Assembly: GCA_964416155.1 (NCBI GenBank)
Contig: CAYQCW010000005.1
Span: 32,001 to 96,000 of the forward strand
Source of the DNA: an uncultured Nitrososphaerota archaeon
GTDB taxonomy: Archaea; Thermoproteota; EX4484-205; JAAOZP01
DNA length: 64,000 bases
Direction of reading: 5' to 3'
Shown here: one piece after another, positions 48,125-58,176 of the stretch
How positions within the stretch are numbered: position 1 is the stretch's first letter
Layout of the letters: each line of letters opens with the position of its first letter
Position numbers and translations under genes: made by a program
The notes under the pieces: model-generated
The model's input: the letters and a program-made list of their open reading frames with translations, nothing else
What the model was told of the DNA's origin: nothing
Database searches by the model: none

Positions 48125-49474
48125 ATGCCTAAAATGTACGACTTGTGCGTAGCGGGTGCGGGTGCGGCTGGCGCAACCCTTGCCAGGGAAGCCGTTGGAA
48201 AGGGGCTGAAAGTTCTCTTAGTTGACAAGTCTCCCAAGGAGAAGGTTGGCGACAAGGTTTGCGGAGACGCGCTTGGCTCACACCACTTGGAAAGGCTCGG
48301 GTTAACCCTGCCCCGTGAAACTTATTTCTCCATATACCCTGGAATAGAAATATACTCTCCCGACATGCAGAGCCGCCTCAGCATAGTTGCGGAGGGTTTA
48401 AGCGCGTACGCTTTAAACAGGCTTGAATTCGGCCAGTTCCTCTTAAAACTGGCTTTAGACGCTGGTTGCGAGTTTAAGCCGGAAACACATGCCAGGGAGC
48501 TAATCATTGAGCGGGGTCGCGTAATAGGGGTCAGGCTGATGAGTAAGGATGGCGTTAAGGAGGATGTTTACGCCAAGGTGACTGTGGACGCTACTGGTTC
48601 TTCAAGAACCCTCTCCAGAATGCTTCAACCAGCTGGTTTCGACCAGGAGCTGGACGATGATGAAACATTGGTTTGCTATAGGGAGATCGTGAAGACGAGG
48701 GTGACGCCTCCTATACCCGCCATCTACCTGGATATGGATGATGCTCCCGGAGGATACTTCTGGGTTTTTCCAGAGGGGGAGGGAAGGGTTAACGCGGGCC
48801 TCGGAGTCACAAAGAGCTCAGCAAACCCTAAGCTTCTCTTCAGAAAATGGGTTGACAGGCTTCCCTGTCTTAAGAACAATATTGTGGGCGTTTTCCACAG
48901 GGGTGGAGGAATAGTTCCCGCCAGGAGGCCCATAGACTCCACCGTTTGGAACGGCTTCATAGCCGTCGGGGACGCGGCTTTCATGGTCAACCCTCTGCAC
49001 GGTGGTGGAATAGGTTCCTCAATGACCGGCGGCTTCCTGGCTGCCAACGTTGCTGCAGAAGCTTTAGAGCATGGCCGTGTCGACGAGGCGGCCCTGTGGA
49101 GGTTAAACATAGAGTACATGAGAAACTACGGTGTTAAACAGGCTGTTCTAGATGTTTTCAGGATTTTCCTCCAAGGCTTGAACAATGAGCTGATAAACTA
49201 CGGCTTGGCCCAGGGGCTCATTAAGAGTGAAGACCTGTTGGAGGCAAGCATGGGTGGGAAGCTTAGGCTTAACATTACTGAAAAGGCCTCAAGGGTTTTC
49301 GCGGGCATCGGTAAACCAGGCTTCCTTCTGAAGCTGAATAAAACTGTTAAGCTAATGGAGGATTTCAGACAATTATACGTGAACTATCCTTCACGTGGAG
49401 GATTTGACGGGTGGAGGGCTAAGGTAAGGGCCTTCCACGAGAAGCTTCATGAAGACATTGGAGTTTCTTCTTGA
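48125..49474 (+). CDS. Digeranylgeranylglycerophospholipid reductase (GGR family)
   Basis: GAGAAG, KVCGDA, PGGYFWVFP, VGDAA..VNPLHGGGI. Confidence 0.9.
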   Translation: MPKMYDLCVAGAGAAGATLAREAVGKGLKVLLVDKSPKEKVGDKVCGDALGSHHLERLGLTLPRETYFSIYPGIEIYSPDMQSRLSIVAEGLSAYALNRLEFGQFLLKLALDAGCEFKPETHARELIIERGRVIGVRLMSKDGVKEDVYAKVTVDATGSSRTLSRMLQPAGFDQELDDDETLVCYREIVKTRVTPPIPAIYLDMDDAPGGYFWVFPEGEGRVNAGLGVTKSSANPKLLFRKWVDRLPCLKNNIVGVFHRGGGIVPARRPIDSTVWNGFIAVGDAAFMVNPLHGGGIGSSMTGGFLAANVAAEALEHGRVDEAALWRLNIEYMRNYGVKQAVLDVFRIFLQGLNNELINYGLAQGLIKSEDLLEASMGGKLRLNITEKASRVFAGIGKPGFLLKLNKTVKLMEDFRQLYVNYPSRGGFDGWRAKVRAFHEKLHEDIGVSS

Positions 49475-49563
49475 AACATACTGTTTTACAGAGATTAATC
49501 TACATCAACTGTCCTCACAGGCTGAGGGAAACGCTTATTACCCTTTTTTGAAAAGCTTCCTCG

Positions 49564-50259
49564 TTGGGAAGCGCAGGCTCGAACACCGTTAGGCCCAGTA
49601 AATCAGAAGTAGTGTTAACATTGTTAAACAAATACTCATGCGTATACGTAGTCACTCAGACGCAGAGGCTGCTCTTCAACCCTTCGGAGATAAGTTCTAA
49701 TGAAGTCGAGCCTGTCGACTACACTTTGATAACTGATGAGCAGCCTGAGCATTTCGACGAGAACCTGATAATGGAGCTCTATCTTCTTAAAAAGTCTGGA
49801 AAAATAATCGTCGACGAGACCAGCTACAGGATTCTTAGGTCCCAGGTTCCGAAGGAGATGCTTATTGCAGCCAAGCCTAACAAGCTGCTTATAAGCAACG
49901 GGCTGATCGTCAAATCCTATCCGAGTGAGAACTCTGAGGCCTCCACACCCGTAACCTACATGGTTACGCTTGAAAACGGGTGCAAGATTTTCCAGACGGG
50001 TGCTTCCCCCGTGTCTAAGGCTTTAAAAAAAGTAACTATGGAGGAGAAGCCTGACATAACTTTCATCCCCGTGGGCTTCAACCCCATGCTTAACGCTGTC
50101 TCATGGGTTGAATCCGTTGAAAACGCTAACTCTAAAATGATTATACCTTACCACGGTGAGAACCTTGATGGTTTCAACAGTGCCGTCAAAAGGAAAGGCT
50201 TAAAGATAGGGGTTGTAATGCTGAAAGTCGGGGAACCGTTTGTATACAGGGTTGGTTGA
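49564..50259 (+). CDS. Metallo-beta-lactamase-fold protein lacking metal ligands
   Basis: MBL layout retained (LLFNP, LITDEQPEHFD for HxHxDH, IFQTGAS for HxGD, IIPYHG). Confidence 0.6.
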   Translation: MGSAGSNTVRPSKSEVVLTLLNKYSCVYVVTQTQRLLFNPSEISSNEVEPVDYTLITDEQPEHFDENLIMELYLLKKSGKIIVDETSYRILRSQVPKEMLIAAKPNKLLISNGLIVKSYPSENSEASTPVTYMVTLENGCKIFQTGASPVSKALKKVTMEEKPDITFIPVGFNPMLNAVSWVESVENANSKMIIPYHGENLDGFNSAVKRKGLKIGVVMLKVGEPFVYRVG

Positions 50260-50833
50260 CCTCGTGGCGGAGACACTCGTAAAGACAGGTGGCTTCCTAA
50301 CTTGGCCGGATAAGACGGATGAGGGAGTCCTTCAACCGTTTGTGCTCGACCTAACTACAGTCTTAAACCATCCGGGCTTGTTCACCAGAGTTGCTTCGGG
50401 TCTTCTCAGGATCGTCAAGAAAAAAGTCGGGGTGAAGAGCTTCGAGTTTGTTGCTGGAGTACCTTTAGCCGGAATACCATACTCGTCCTACATTTGTCTC
50501 AAAACAGGCAAGCCCATGCTGCTCGTCAGAGAACGAGGAAAGGGGAAGCTTGTGGAGGGCCCCTTAAAAATGGGTGACAGGGTTCTCGTCATCGACGATT
50601 TCGTCGTAACCGGTAGACAGATACTGAGGACCGCCGGTAAAATTGTCTCAGAGGGAGGGGTTGTTGAACAGGCTGTTGTAATAGTGTGCCAGAGCAAGAG
50701 CGCTATGGAGAAGCTGAGAGGCAGAGGTATAAGGCTGCACCCACTGTTCGGTTTTAAAAGCCTCGTCGGAAGTCTGAAGAAGCTTGACGCTTTAACCGAT
50801 GAGGAATACGATGCTCTACTCTCTAAGGCCTAG
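50240..50833 (+). CDS. Orotate phosphoribosyltransferase-like type I PRTase
   Basis: VAGVPLAGIP, LVEG...GDRVLVIDDFVVTG; N-terminal and loop motifs divergent from PyrE. Confidence 0.7.
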   Translation: MYTGLVDLVAETLVKTGGFLTWPDKTDEGVLQPFVLDLTTVLNHPGLFTRVASGLLRIVKKKVGVKSFEFVAGVPLAGIPYSSYICLKTGKPMLLVRERGKGKLVEGPLKMGDRVLVIDDFVVTGRQILRTAGKIVSEGGVVEQAVVIVCQSKSAMEKLRGRGIRLHPLFGFKSLVGSLKKLDALTDEEYDALLSKA

Positions 50834-51521
50834 AGGCCTCTGACTCTTCAACCAGAGGTATAATCTCCTCGACGGAGAACCTTATGAATGAAGCAGGGTC
50901 AATCCTGCTGAAAATCGTTACGACAGCATCTCTCGTGATTCCAGCCACTAAACCGGTTTTTCTATGCGCGATCACGATGTACCATATGTTCCCGTGTTTC
51001 AGATATTCTGAGAACAGGCTAGTGTTAGCGAGTGAGGGCCCGTACAGGGAGAGCTTCTTAATGTTAGGTATGTCAACGTCGTCGAAGAAAACCACTTTAG
51101 CGGCATCGCTATTCGCATTATGATAGCTCAACATTACCTCCGGAGAAATCCTTGCCTCGACAATCCGGCCGCTTTTAAGAAATATCACTTGGCTGAACAT
51201 GTTGGCAACCATGTTTGCAATCGGCTTCTTCTCCAAAACTATGAGAAAGACTCTCCTCCTCCTGAAAACGAAGCTGAAAACCGAGTCGACTGTTTTAGCA
51301 ACTATCTCCGTCCTATCCCTCCTCCTGATCGTCAGAGGCACGTCCCTGCTAATAACCCCCTCCAGCATGTTTTGAGAAGCCTTCAACTCAGCTATCTCGG
51401 TCACTAGGCTCAAGTCAACCCCCTCCAGCGGGGTTTCAACCCTGTAGCCCTTAAGCCTCTGAGCAATATCGCTCTGAGGCAGGCGCTCGTCCAGCCTGAA
51501 TATCTTTCCCGCAGTAACCAT
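50823..51521 (-). CDS. Conserved hypothetical archaeal protein
   Basis: 232-aa ORF with SD GGAGGAG; motifs KVVFFDDVDIPNI.KLSLYG; function not recognised. Confidence 0.7.
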   Translation of the reverse strand: MVTAGKIFRLDERLPQSDIAQRLKGYRVETPLEGVDLSLVTEIAELKASQNMLEGVISRDVPLTIRRRDRTEIVAKTVDSVFSFVFRRRRVFLIVLEKKPIANMVANMFSQVIFLKSGRIVEARISPEVMLSYHNANSDAAKVVFFDDVDIPNIKKLSLYGPSLANTSLFSEYLKHGNIWYIVIAHRKTGLVAGITRDAVVTIFSRIDPASFIRFSVEEIIPLVEESEASRP

Positions 51522-51689
51522 ACTCCTCCATAAAGCTAAACATCTGTTTTTAACCGTTTTTCCAACTCTTCCTGAACCCTCTACACGGCGGTTATCCCCC
51601 GGTCACCCAGAGCCAGAACTTATATTCGGGTATTTTCTACTGGCTTCCAAGGCTTTTAAAAAGTAGCTTCCCAATCTCCGAGTTTTTCA

Positions 51690-52035
51690 TTTACTTCTCT
51701 CATACCTTTCTCTATGCATTCTCCCAGCGGCATCTTCCGGCGGAGCCCAAGCATCTTCACGAAATCCCTCCTAACTGACCAGTAGTCCCCTACCTTCTCC
51801 GTAGAGAACAGTGTTTCGCCTATGTTGCAAGCAATTTTGCTATTTCTTGGACTTCTTTCAGGTTGAGAATCTCACAAGGCTAAATCAACGCCCGGATTAC
51901 TCCACCAAGATATTTGTCCGTCTCCACATTACCCTTCTTCTCGAGCTCTTGATAGGTGCTCAGCATAATCTCCGATGCTTCTTTCGAATCTCCACATTAG
52001 CACATGCCAGGAAAAATAGATCATAACGACAAATA
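51690..52035 (-). pseudogene. Decayed gene homologous to the 4750-5160 fragment
   Basis: SEIMLSTYQELEKKGNV...ALI*PCEILNLKEVQEIAKLLAT* with in-frame stops; boundaries approximate. Confidence 0.45.
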
Positions 52036-52142
52036 ACCTCTAGCCTAACTCCTTATTCTAAATATTTTGCTTGCCCTCTCAGGACTCATTTTCAGTATTA
52101 CTGTCTCATCTTTGATTTCAATACACCATATTCGGGAACTCA

Positions 52143-52679
52143 TTAAGACCATGGTATGCCTTTTTTATCTCCTTCTGAGGATCTCATTGGTCTGATCATC
52201 CTTCTTAAAAATGATGAGACTAGCAATAAGATCCCGAAAGCAAGAATGGCAAGTAGATCAATGTATTCCGATTCCGAAATTCCCTGAGAATGCATTCTAA
52301 CTCCTAAAGACTGAACGGGGCTGAAGTTTAAAATAATAACGTAGATTCCTCTGTGAGCTATCCGAAGAACTGTGGAGAACGAGCCTTCATACGCACCCGT
52401 TTTAACTCTAGTTAGAGGCTGGTTCTGTAGGTAAGCGTTTATTTCTTCTGAAGTAGTCAGGAATATGAGGGTTGAATTAACATTTCTTGGGACATCGACG
52501 GAAAGAGAAATACTTGCTGCACGAGTGAAGATGAAAAAGCTTCTTGACTTAGTAACGCTTTCTGCACTTGCTTCTGAAAACATACATCCAGCAGAGATAT
52601 CGAGAAAAGGTTGGCGTGCAAGCATTAGTGCAAGAGATGTCAGGATTAGAAATAACCCGAGCCTTGATACAAAATTCAA
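52143..52679 (-). CDS. Membrane protein with N- and C-terminal TM helices (ABC-associated)
   Basis: Two hydrophobic ends flanking a beta-rich domain; last gene of the ABC operon. Confidence 0.65.
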   Translation of the reverse strand: MNFVSRLGLFLILTSLALMLARQPFLDISAGCMFSEASAESVTKSRSFFIFTRAASISLSVDVPRNVNSTLIFLTTSEEINAYLQNQPLTRVKTGAYEGSFSTVLRIAHRGIYVIILNFSPVQSLGVRMHSQGISESEYIDLLAILAFGILLLVSSFLRRMIRPMRSSEGDKKGIPWS

Positions 52680-52681
52680 CT

Positions 52682-53428
52682 TTATTTCACCTCATAAAAA
52701 CGGGTGAAATAGACGTAGGCGACTAATAGGAAACTAAGAGAAATAATGAAAGCAACTGTTAAATTTCCAGCCACTTCTGTTGGAACATAAAGAAACGCGG
52801 ATGTAGATATTGGCGGAATATTGTACAAGAAGGATCCCGGCTGGGGATTAGAGTATTTAAGTAAATTATCTAACGAGTAAAAGGTTAGGACATTTGACAA
52901 AATTGATATAATAATCTTATCTGAAATCGTTGAAATGAAGATATTTAGGGATATGATGAATATTATTTGAACCAGCATTGGGGGGCAAAGTGAGAACAGG
53001 GATGAAACAGATTCTATTAGCCAGCTTCCTCTAAAGTTATAAATAATCAGCATTAGAATGACGGTAAAGAAGTATATAATGCCGGCAAGAAATAAAGCTA
53101 TAAACTTACCTACAAATAGTTCTGTCCTACTTCTGGAGTATACGAGTTCTGTGTCCAGAATACCGGCTTCACGCTCGTATGCAAATATGGTTGCAGCCAC
53201 AACCCCCATAGTTACCCCCTGCACCATGAAGGTATAAAGAATTATTGAATGCAAAATATTTTGAACAAAACCGTAGACATACAGATGAGCACTTTCTGGA
53301 AGAACTATAATGCTTGGCAAGACCACCGTTCCATTAAAAATCATGCTGACAATCACGATCTCAGATATTGGGAACATTAAGAGCTTCTTCAATTCCCAGC
53401 GGATGCTTTCAAGATTCAAGTCAAGCAT
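52682..53428 (-). CDS. ABC-2-type exporter permease
   Basis: About 6 TMs; FAYEREAG...SRTELFVGKF. Confidence 0.85.
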   Translation of the reverse strand: MLDLNLESIRWELKKLLMFPISEIVIVSMIFNGTVVLPSIIVLPESAHLYVYGFVQNILHSIILYTFMVQGVTMGVVAATIFAYEREAGILDTELVYSRSRTELFVGKFIALFLAGIIYFFTVILMLIIYNFRGSWLIESVSSLFSLCPPMLVQIIFIISLNIFISTISDKIIISILSNVLTFYSLDNLLKYSNPQPGSFLYNIPPISTSAFLYVPTEVAGNLTVAFIISLSFLLVAYVYFTRFYEVK

Positions 53429-54131
53429 CCTTCATTACCCTTGCGTATGCGTTTGTTAAAGTACCGTCTGACGAAAAGTTTGCTACGAACTTTTCAAAGT
53501 TATCTTTAGCTATTATCCTGCCCCCTTTCATAACGATTATAAAATCACATATTTGTTCAAGATCCTCGAGAATATGAGTCGACACCACTATGGTCTTATT
53601 GTCATGTTTAATTTCCTTAACGAGCCTAACCATTTCAACCCTGCCAAGGGGATCAAGGTTTGTCGAGGGCTCATCTAGAAGGATGAGGCTTGGGTCTCCG
53701 ACTAAAGCTTGGATTAAACCCAACCTCTGAATCATGCCAGCAGAATAAGTGCCTATCTTCCTCGTGAGGAAACCGCCCTTAACGATTGGATGAGTAAGAA
53801 TATTTTGGTCGAATTCTACCCGTTTTAATCTAGACACATGCTTTAGATATTCTATCCCAGTAACCCATTTGGGGAAGGCACACCTCTCCCTTAGATAGCC
53901 TATCTGCGAGCAAACCTGGCCGTGACTGCGGAACGGATCCTTGCCGAACACCAGGATTTTTCCAGACGATGGCTTTTGAAGACCAAGCATTATTCTTATA
54001 AAGGTTGTTTTTCCAGAGCCGTTTGGCCCTATTAAACCGTAAACGCCGTTATTAAAAGAAACGCTTACTCCATCAAGGGCAATTATACTCCGGAACCTTT
54101 TGGAAACATTCATCGCTTCCACAGCATTCAT
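53421..54131 (-). CDS. ABC exporter ATP-binding subunit
   Basis: GPNGSGKT, YSAGM, LLDEP, STH. Confidence 0.93.
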   Translation of the reverse strand: MNAVEAMNVSKRFRSIIALDGVSVSFNNGVYGLIGPNGSGKTTFIRIMLGLQKPSSGKILVFGKDPFRSHGQVCSQIGYLRERCAFPKWVTGIEYLKHVSRLKRVEFDQNILTHPIVKGGFLTRKIGTYSAGMIQRLGLIQALVGDPSLILLDEPSTNLDPLGRVEMVRLVKEIKHDNKTIVVSTHILEDLEQICDFIIVMKGGRIIAKDNFEKFVANFSSDGTLTNAYARVMKDA

Positions 54132-54239
54132 AACTTTTGAGAATAAGATTTTATTCTTATACTTAAAAATTATGGTTATGGTTTTTATTTTCGAAAGTAA
54201 AGTTTAAATTATGCGCGCGCTCACTAATATACATATTAT

Positions 54240-54596
54240 ATGACATATGAAAAGAAAATAGTGTGTATCTTGATACTCCTAGTCATCCTCTCATCGATTC
54301 TCACTGTGTCTGCTCAAAAGACTTGGGACTATGACTATCAGAAGGGTCAAACTCCTTTATTTTCTTGGGAAGCATACGCCTACGTCGAAGCTTGGTACGT
54401 ACATCTTGTTGGCTATTTCTCCTTCGTACATAGTGGTTGGGGTAAAGCTTCTTTAGAATATACTTATGATATTTTCGGGTGGCCTGGTAATGATGGTTTT
54501 GATCCACAAGGAGGATATACAGTCACCCGTGTCTTTGTGCGTGGACTTTACGTTGGGCATGCATTTGCAGGAATTGGCATATATAGTGGGCCCTGA
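54240..54596 (+). CDS. Small secreted aromatic/Gly-rich protein
   Basis: Sec-type signal peptide ending TVSA; 93-aa mature part rich in Y/W/F/G; TATA-like TTTAAAT near 54203. Confidence 0.65.
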   Translation: MTYEKKIVCILILLVILSSILTVSAQKTWDYDYQKGQTPLFSWEAYAYVEAWYVHLVGYFSFVHSGWGKASLEYTYDIFGWPGNDGFDPQGGYTVTRVFVRGLYVGHAFAGIGIYSGP

Positions 54597-54621
54597 GACT
54601 TCGGAGAAACGAAAGAGCAGT

Positions 54622-55560
54622 ATGGCGAAGAACCCTTTATTTCTACTCCTTATTTTGATTTTTATCCAACCCGTTAGCATCCAGCTTAGACCTGAGCCTG
54701 GGTGGCTTAAGCCAGGGTTCTACGTAGAGTATTTCGTTGAATCTACGCGGCCCGGCATCTGGCTGGTTCCGAATTCCAACCTTTATAACTCATCCTTAAT
54801 CAACGGACAGTATCCTCGTCTTCTCTGCAATGGTACTTATAGATTTGAACTCATAACGATGAACAATACTTTTGCACGTTTTAACGTTAGCCTTGATCTC
54901 AATGCGTGGGTGCCAAGTAAATCAATGATAATGCCTGGAGAGAAAATAGACTGGGTGGGTTTTAAGCTGCTTCAAAAATCTTTTATGTGCGACGTGGATT
55001 TTGAAACTTTCATCACCTATAGGGAGGGAAGAATACTCGGCATCTTCCCCCTCTGGAGAGGTTTTAAGGCGTCTTCCGGCAAGGTTCCTCTCCTTATAAA
55101 TTTCTTCGGGAGAAAGGTTGAGGCGAACTATACTTTGTTAGAGAAATTTATTTCCTACGAGACTCCTCTTGGAACCTTTAGATACGTATTTGCAGTTCAT
55201 GCCTTCATTGAAACACTGGATCTCCCATATGTTGCCACGCCTTCCGGTATCTTCATCCTTTCACCGAACAGCATATATGACCGTGATACTCTCCTCTTAA
55301 TCTGCGGCAGAGGATACATGGATGACATATTATTTGATAATGGCATATTATGTTTCGAAGAGATGAACATTAGAGAAACCACATTAGAGTTCCCCCAGTT
55401 AGAGGAACACGGTTTCGAGCTTCAGGGCGGACAAATCTTTTTAGGGCTTTTATTAGCAGGGCTTGCCTTACCTTTACTTTACAAGCTTTTCAAAAGAATT
55501 AGAATCACGCGTAATTTAAGATTTATATTGGTTGTATGCCTTCAATTATATTCTATATAG
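54622..55560 (+). CDS. Exported protein with C-terminal membrane anchor
   Basis: Signal MAKNPLFLLLILIFIQP, PGWLKPGFYVEY, YDRDTLLLI, C-terminal TM; ATG 54622 preferred over 54466. Confidence 0.65.
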   Translation: MAKNPLFLLLILIFIQPVSIQLRPEPGWLKPGFYVEYFVESTRPGIWLVPNSNLYNSSLINGQYPRLLCNGTYRFELITMNNTFARFNVSLDLNAWVPSKSMIMPGEKIDWVGFKLLQKSFMCDVDFETFITYREGRILGIFPLWRGFKASSGKVPLLINFFGRKVEANYTLLEKFISYETPLGTFRYVFAVHAFIETLDLPYVATPSGIFILSPNSIYDRDTLLLICGRGYMDDILFDNGILCFEEMNIRETTLEFPQLEEHGFELQGGQIFLGLLLAGLALPLLYKLFKRIRITRNLRFILVVCLQLYSI

Positions 55561-55635
55561 GGCTAGAGCATGCTTTACCGTGTAAGCTCTTTGCTTTTCT
55601 ACGAGAAACAGAGGAGTCCAGTTATTTCAACATGC

Positions 55636-57423
55636 TCAGTGCTCAACACTTGGCTTAACCTCCAGTATCCTAGACTCGTCCTGAACCTTTTGAACAACTA
55701 TAACGTGAGCATCCCTAACCGGAGGCGGAGTCCCGGGAGTAATACACAGATATGCAACCCCGGGATTCTTCTCAACAACATCTGACAATATTTTGAAAAA
55801 TTTATTTCTATTAATGGGATCCATATGCACATCCAATTCATCAATTCCTCTTATACTTGACTTGACTAGTGATTGGAGGGCCATTAGGAATGATACTACT
55901 GTCGCGCTTCTCTCCCCGCCGCTCTGAGTGTACGCGTTGAACTCGGTTAGGGTGCTGCCTCCGAAGCTCACGAAGATCATCAGGCCAGCGTTTTCAATGT
56001 CCTCGAGGTTTGCCAGTCTTAACTCGCCTATGCCGCCCATCACCTCTATGTTTCTCATGAAGCTCTCGTTGACCCTGCTTATTGTTTCAACGATCTTCTT
56101 CCTCCATATTTCTATCCTGTCTTTAAGCTCGTTTTCAGCAGCCCTCCTGTTCTCAACAATCACCTTAACCTTCTGCTCAAGGTCGCTGTAAACGTTAAGA
56201 TAGTTCTTGTAGAGCTCTTCAGCGTTCTCGCTGACTGTGCCGAGCGATGCTATTTGAATAATGTAATCGTTAATCCTCTTCTCCAAGACGTCGGGGGGCT
56301 CAACCTCCTTGGGCGCCTCGCCTTCAAGCTGCTCCCTGGCTTCCCTAACCCTGTCTTCAACAGTCTTGATCTTCTCCTGGATTCTGCGGCGCTCCCTGTC
56401 AAGCTCCCTAATCCTGTATTTCAAGACTTCAGCCTTAACGTTAAGCTTCACGTAGCTTCTTATCAGCCTGGTTATCTCCTCGTCCAGCTTGCTGTACTCG
56501 TCGATGAGGCTGTCGTCAAACCCTTTTTCAGATGCTTTGAAGAAAACTCTTTTAAGCTTCATCCTCGCCTTGTTAAGCCTGCCCCAAACCTTCTCATACT
56601 TCTCCACAGTCTTAGAGACTATCCGGTTGCCCTCAGCCATCCTAGCCTCAAGCTTGGAAACGTTCTCCACGAGCCTAGTCTTCTCAGCGTTAAGCTGGTT
56701 GTATATGCTCCATTTGAGAAGCCTGTTCAACTCAGCGTGGAGGGTTTGAAGCTCCCTCTTCCTAACAAGCTTCTCGTACTCGGCCCTCCACATTCCAAGC
56801 GTCTCGCGAGCCTCGTTTAAAAGGGCCTCTACAGACTTCTCCTCGCTGACAATCCTGCCTAGCCTCTCCTGCGAAGCCTTAATGTTCTCCCTTAGCCCAG
56901 ACAGGCCGACAGCACCCTCGACAAGCCTGAGCTTCTCAGAAGGGTCGAGCGTGGCGAACTCTTCAATCATGTACTGGTGCATTATTATCAGCATGTTGGA
57001 AGGGTCTATGCCGAATAGGGAGAGGATCTCGTCAATCTCCATCTTTGTAGCAGGATTGTAGTTGATCTGGCTCCAGTACTCGCCGTCCCTCCTCAGGTAC
57101 CTGGTTATCACAAGCTCGTCGGACCTTATGAATGAAACAGGTCTTTTACCATCCTGCCCAGGAGAATTGTCGAAGACCAGCGTCACCCTAGCAATATCCT
57201 CCCCGTTTCTAATCAGGTCGCTGAGCTTCTCAGCCCTGCCGCTCCTAGACTGGCCGAGGCCCACGGAAACCCCAAGCAGGATCGAGGACTTCCCGGACCC
57301 GTTTGGGCCTAGAATAAGGTTAAGCTTGGGGTGAACAGGTGTCCTAGCGTACTTGTAGCTCATAAAATTCTCTAAAATCACTTCTTTCAATCGAAGACCT
57401 TTTTCTTGCTCCGTCGCCTCCAC
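55636..57423 (-). CDS. Short SMC-family ATPase of SMC5/6 (coalescin-like) type
   Basis: LENFMSY, GPNGSGKSS, MHQ Q-loop, coiled coil with no recognisable hinge, QSGGERS, IDELDVHMDPINR. Confidence 0.85.
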   Translation of the reverse strand: MEATEQEKGLRLKEVILENFMSYKYARTPVHPKLNLILGPNGSGKSSILLGVSVGLGQSRSGRAEKLSDLIRNGEDIARVTLVFDNSPGQDGKRPVSFIRSDELVITRYLRRDGEYWSQINYNPATKMEIDEILSLFGIDPSNMLIIMHQYMIEEFATLDPSEKLRLVEGAVGLSGLRENIKASQERLGRIVSEEKSVEALLNEARETLGMWRAEYEKLVRKRELQTLHAELNRLLKWSIYNQLNAEKTRLVENVSKLEARMAEGNRIVSKTVEKYEKVWGRLNKARMKLKRVFFKASEKGFDDSLIDEYSKLDEEITRLIRSYVKLNVKAEVLKYRIRELDRERRRIQEKIKTVEDRVREAREQLEGEAPKEVEPPDVLEKRINDYIIQIASLGTVSENAEELYKNYLNVYSDLEQKVKVIVENRRAAENELKDRIEIWRKKIVETISRVNESFMRNIEVMGGIGELRLANLEDIENAGLMIFVSFGGSTLTEFNAYTQSGGERSATVVSFLMALQSLVKSSIRGIDELDVHMDPINRNKFFKILSDVVEKNPGVAYLCITPGTPPPVRDAHVIVVQKVQDESRILEVKPSVEH

Positions 57424-57787
57424 TGGTGTTAGGAGTTTTCAAGGACTTAGATAAGGGTTTTTGCGCTGCCTCCACCGGTTAAACGCTTGGATTCTGCGTG
57501 TTTGAAAAGCTACTGTGGCTGGAGAATGGGCGCGCTTTCCCGTCCTTGGGTTAAAAACGCTATTCTTGGAGCTTAACGCGTTTTCCCAACGTTTAGCCGG
57601 CGACTTTCTTCCGTTAAGATTTATAAAAGAGTTTTCCTGAAGGTTAGCAGGGGGTATGGCTGAGGCTAAGGTTTCCAAGCTTTACGAGCTTATACTCGTG
57701 TATATGAAAACAAGAATATGGTGGACAGGGAGATAAGCATGTTGATGAGGGAGGGGCTGAATAGGGAAGGGGCTATAAACAAACTCT

Positions 57788-58057
57788 ATGAGTGACAAAG
57801 GTGAAAAGGCTCCTCCCGCAATTCAGCCGCAATACAAGTATGATGGGGAATTCTGGGGCATATACTATCTTCCAATAAGCAGCTTTGAGGAGGAGCTGCC
57901 GAAACTCGGCGAAACCTTGGACTACATGGAGGAGAACCATGGCGAGGTGATAACGGTTATTCCAAACATGGGCATAACGCCGACGAGCATCCTGCTAGGG
58001 ACTTCTTTCCAAGGCGTCAAGAGATTTAGCATAGTATATAGGAAGCGGAAGCCATGA
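57788..58057 (+). CDS. Hypothetical protein
   Basis: 89-aa ORF with ATG start; no recognised motif. Confidence 0.5.
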   Translation: MSDKGEKAPPAIQPQYKYDGEFWGIYYLPISSFEEELPKLGETLDYMEENHGEVITVIPNMGITPTSILLGTSFQGVKRFSIVYRKRKP

Positions 58058-58176
58058 GCCTCCATTAAACGTATTCGATGCTCTTGTTATTGTCCTCGTG
58101 ATGCTAAGTCTCATACTGGCTGTAAACCAATGTTAATCATGGTTGGGAAACAGCTTTCTGAAAAACGGGTTTTCAA

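Noticed and set aside
54466-54621. N-terminal extension of the 364-aa ORF
   Set aside because: Overlaps the upstream secreted-protein gene; the signal peptide starts at ATG 54622
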